A stretch of 10,263 nucleotides of DNA from Candidatus Fervidifonticultor quintus. GTDB lineage: Bacteria; Sysuimicrobiota; Sysuimicrobiia; Sysuimicrobiales; Humicultoraceae. How positions within the stretch are numbered: the stretch's first letter is position 1; each line of letters opens with the position of its first letter. Shown here one piece after another: positions 8,128 to 10,263 of this stretch. Position numbers and translations under genes: made by a program. Location of the stretch: positions 1-10,263 of the forward strand of contig JAVKIJ010000098.1 of the NCBI GenBank assembly GCA_031459535.1, given 5' to 3'. The notes beneath the pieces were generated by a model. It had not been told where the DNA came from, searched no databases, and saw nothing but the letters and a program-made list of their open reading frames with translations.

Positions 8128-9644
8128 ACGCCCCAGCGGCGCGGCCGATGGGCGGCTTGGGGGCTCCTCTGGCGAGTCCGGCGGGCGGCCGTCTGCGCGG
8201 CGGGGTGCACCGAGCTTCTGGGAAGGCGTGCGGCGGGTGCTCCCATCGGTCCGCACCGCCATGGAGTACTGCTGGCTGTACCCCTGGGTGGTGGTACTGG
8301 GCAGCGGTGCCTACGGTGATCCCGACCCGCTGCTGGGCCCGGGCTGGGCGTTCCTGCTCATGCTCGGTGGACAGCTCCTGACCAGGTCGGTGCTCGCCCG
8401 CGGCGGATCGCTGCGGCGCGCGCGTGGCTTCCTGGTCTGCACGGGTGTCGTGCTGGGCTTCCTGTCGGTCCGGGCACAGCACTATCAGGGTATCCCGGCC
8501 TGGAATCCGGCGTGGATCGGTGCCCTGCTGCGCGCGGCGCACGATACGCTGCCGGCCGTGCCAAAGCCGGTGCTCGCAGCGCTGGCGGCCGCCGCCCTGT
8601 GGTGGCGCGGGTTGGCGCTCGGTACGCGGGACACTGACGCCGGCGGCATCGAGGCGGCCTATAAGACCGGCGTGGCCGCCGTCGTCGTGTACTTCCTGGC
8701 CGCGGCGATCTACGCGGACACCGCCGGCTTTCGGGCCGCCGGACCGGCGATGCCGGGCTCGATGCCGGCCTTCTTCCTGCTGGGCCTGTCGGCGCTGGCG
8801 CTGGCACGGCTGGCCGTCATCTGGGACCGCGGCCAACCCGACGAGCGCGCGCATTTCCCGGTCAGGGGTTGGGCGCTGCTGATCGTCGGCATCGTGGGGT
8901 TGATTCTGCTGGTAGCCAGCATGAGCGCAGGGCTGGCCGCGGCCGACATCTTCACATACGTCGGCCTGGCCCTGCGGCCGCTGCTGCCCGTGCTGGAGGT
9001 CGTCTTCCTCATGCTGTTCTTCGTCGCCGAGATCCTGGCTCGGGTCATCATCGCCATACTCTCCCGCATCCCACAACGGGGTGGGCGAGAGGCAATCCCG
9101 CCATCTGCTGGGCTCGATGACCTGTTGCGGCGGCTGCGGGAGATCAACGTGCATCCCACGGTGGTTGAAGGCGCGCGGTGGAGCATGGTACTGCTGGCGA
9201 CCATCCTGCTCTGCCTGGGGATGGCGCTCACCGTGGTCCTGATGCGCCGGCGGGCGGGGCAGCCTGACGAGGACGAGCACGAGTCCGTGTGGTCAACCAG
9301 GGGGCTGTTGCGCGGGCTGGGAGGTCTGGTCCCCAGGTTCCGGTCGCGCCGCGCTCCGGCCGATGAGCCACTCGATCCGGCGATCAGGAGCCTGCGGCGG
9401 ATCTACCGAGAGCTGCTCGTTCTCGGTCGGACAGCCGGGGCGCCACGGCATCCTGCCACCACGCCCCGCGAGTACAATCCCCGGCTGACCGGTGCCCTGC
9501 CGGCTGCCGCTGCGGAGATCGCAACCCTGACCGAGGCCTACGAGCGCGTGCGATACGGGGGCTGGCGTCCCCCCCGTGGCTGCGGTGGCGGCGGCCAGAG
9601 AGGCCCTGGGCCGGGTCAGGGCCGCCATGCCTTCCGGGCGGTGA
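8099..9644 (+). CDS. Multi-pass membrane protein with a C-terminal DUF4129-like domain; apparent 1-nt frameshift at the C7 run 9569-9575 (about 514 aa if corrected)
   Basis: About 9 hydrophobic segments, then the DUF4129-like IRSLRRIYRELL...G.PRHPATTPREY...LTEAYERVRYG. As sequenced, the frame runs on to 10024 as low-complexity sequence antisense to the next gene. The +1 frame gives VAAVAAAREALGRVRAAMPSGR* (TGA 9642-9644). The start is uncertain: GTG 8099 (GAGGTG SD, 7-nt spacer) is preferred; alternatives are 8228, 8237 and ATG 8261. Confidence 0.78.
9569..9575 (+). repeat. C7 homopolymer at the apparent frameshift site
   Basis: TGG CGT CCC CCC C GTG GCT GCG. The run forms part of the 7-bp inverted repeat ACGGGGG (9555-9561) / CCCCCGT (9571-9577). 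Confidence 0.8.
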
Positions 9645-10263
9645 GGCTCGCTACAACCGCGCTCACTGCCTCGTCGATGGTGAGCGCGACCGGACCGGGG
9701 AGACCCCGCGTGGACATGGACGCCGCTCCGGGCCCACCCCACACGATCGTTACCCCGCCACGCCTCCTGTGGAGCCCCTCGACCGCCTCTTGCGCGGCGA
9801 TCCAGGGCTCGAGATGCTCCGGCATCGTGGCGGCCACCACGGCAACCCGGGCGCCCAACCGCTCGACCGCAGCGAGCGTCGCGTCAACGGGCGTCGCCTG
9901 GCCAAGACTCACGACCGGAACGCCACGGCGCCGCAGTTCCATGGTGACCGCGAGCAGTCCCAGCTCGTGGAGCTCCCCAGGCGCGCAGGCGCAGATGACT
10001 GGGGAGAGACCGGGTGTTACCTGATAGACGTCCATCAGTCGTAGCGCAAACCGCCGCGTCAATCCGCTGGCGAAGTGCTCCTGAGGCACGTTCACCAGCC
10101 CAGCTTCCCAGTCGCGGCCGACCTGGGCGACCGCTGGCAGCAGGACCATGCGAAAGACCTCGTGCGGTCGCAGGATCGAGGTGGCGCGCCGTAGCACATC
10201 CCCAGCCGCGTCTTCGTCGTAGGCGAGGCACGCGGCCCGCAGATCCGAGATCAGAGCCGGGAT
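9616..10263 (-). CDS. CarH/LitR-type cobalamin (B12)-binding domain protein, probably a MerR-family regulator; 5' end lies outside the window
   Basis: The frame is open to the window edge (IPALISDLRAACLAYDEDAAGDVLRRA...). It has the helical-cap motif VGRDW-EAGLVNVPQ-EH (W-x9-EH) and the Rossmann B12 motifs CAPGELHELGLL, SLGQATP and WGGPG. The DNA-binding domain is not visible. Confidence 0.88.
   Translation of the reverse strand: MPALISDLRAACLAYDEDAAGDVLRRATSILRPHEVFRMVLLPAVAQVGRDWEAGLVNVPQEHFASGLTRRFALRLMDVYQVTPGLSPVICACAPGELHELGLLAVTMELRRRGVPVVSLGQATPVDATLAAVERLGARVAVVAATMPEHLEPWIAAQEAVEGLHRRRGGVTIVWGGPGAASMSTRGLPGPVALTIDEAVSAVVASLTARKAWRP

Noticed and set aside
9645..10024. C-terminal extension of the 687-aa ORF 7961..10024
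   Set aside because: It is low-complexity, lies fully antisense to the B12-binding gene, and is explained by the frameshift at 9569-9575.

Overview
GC-rich bacterial window with three gene blocks. (1) Minus strand, 91-4187: a glycerol-3-phosphate/glycerophosphodiester uptake operon, ugpB-ugpA-ugpE plus a glycerophosphodiester phosphodiesterase (GDPD). It has no ugpC ATPase, the GDPD carries a twin-Arg-like signal peptide, and a terminator-like hairpin follows ugpB. (2) Plus strand, 4366-~9644: six tightly spaced genes. They encode a creatininase/MftE-family amidohydrolase, a 93-aa hypothetical protein with an internal duplication, a SnoaL/NTF2-like protein, a MoxR AAA+ ATPase, a DUF58 protein and a multi-pass membrane protein with a DUF4129-like C-terminus. 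The last gene appears frameshifted at a C7 run (9569-9575) and lacks the transglutaminase domain usual at this position. (3) Minus strand, 9616 to the window end: the 3' part of a CarH/LitR-type cobalamin-binding protein with intact W-x9-EH and E-x-H motifs. I see no RNA genes, CRISPR arrays or mobile elements. Most families are known, and I cannot show a new system from sequence alone. The best leads are the frameshift site, the transglutaminase-less MoxR module, the uncharacterised three-gene cassette and the structured leaders. All family calls come from motif recognition; no database searches were run.
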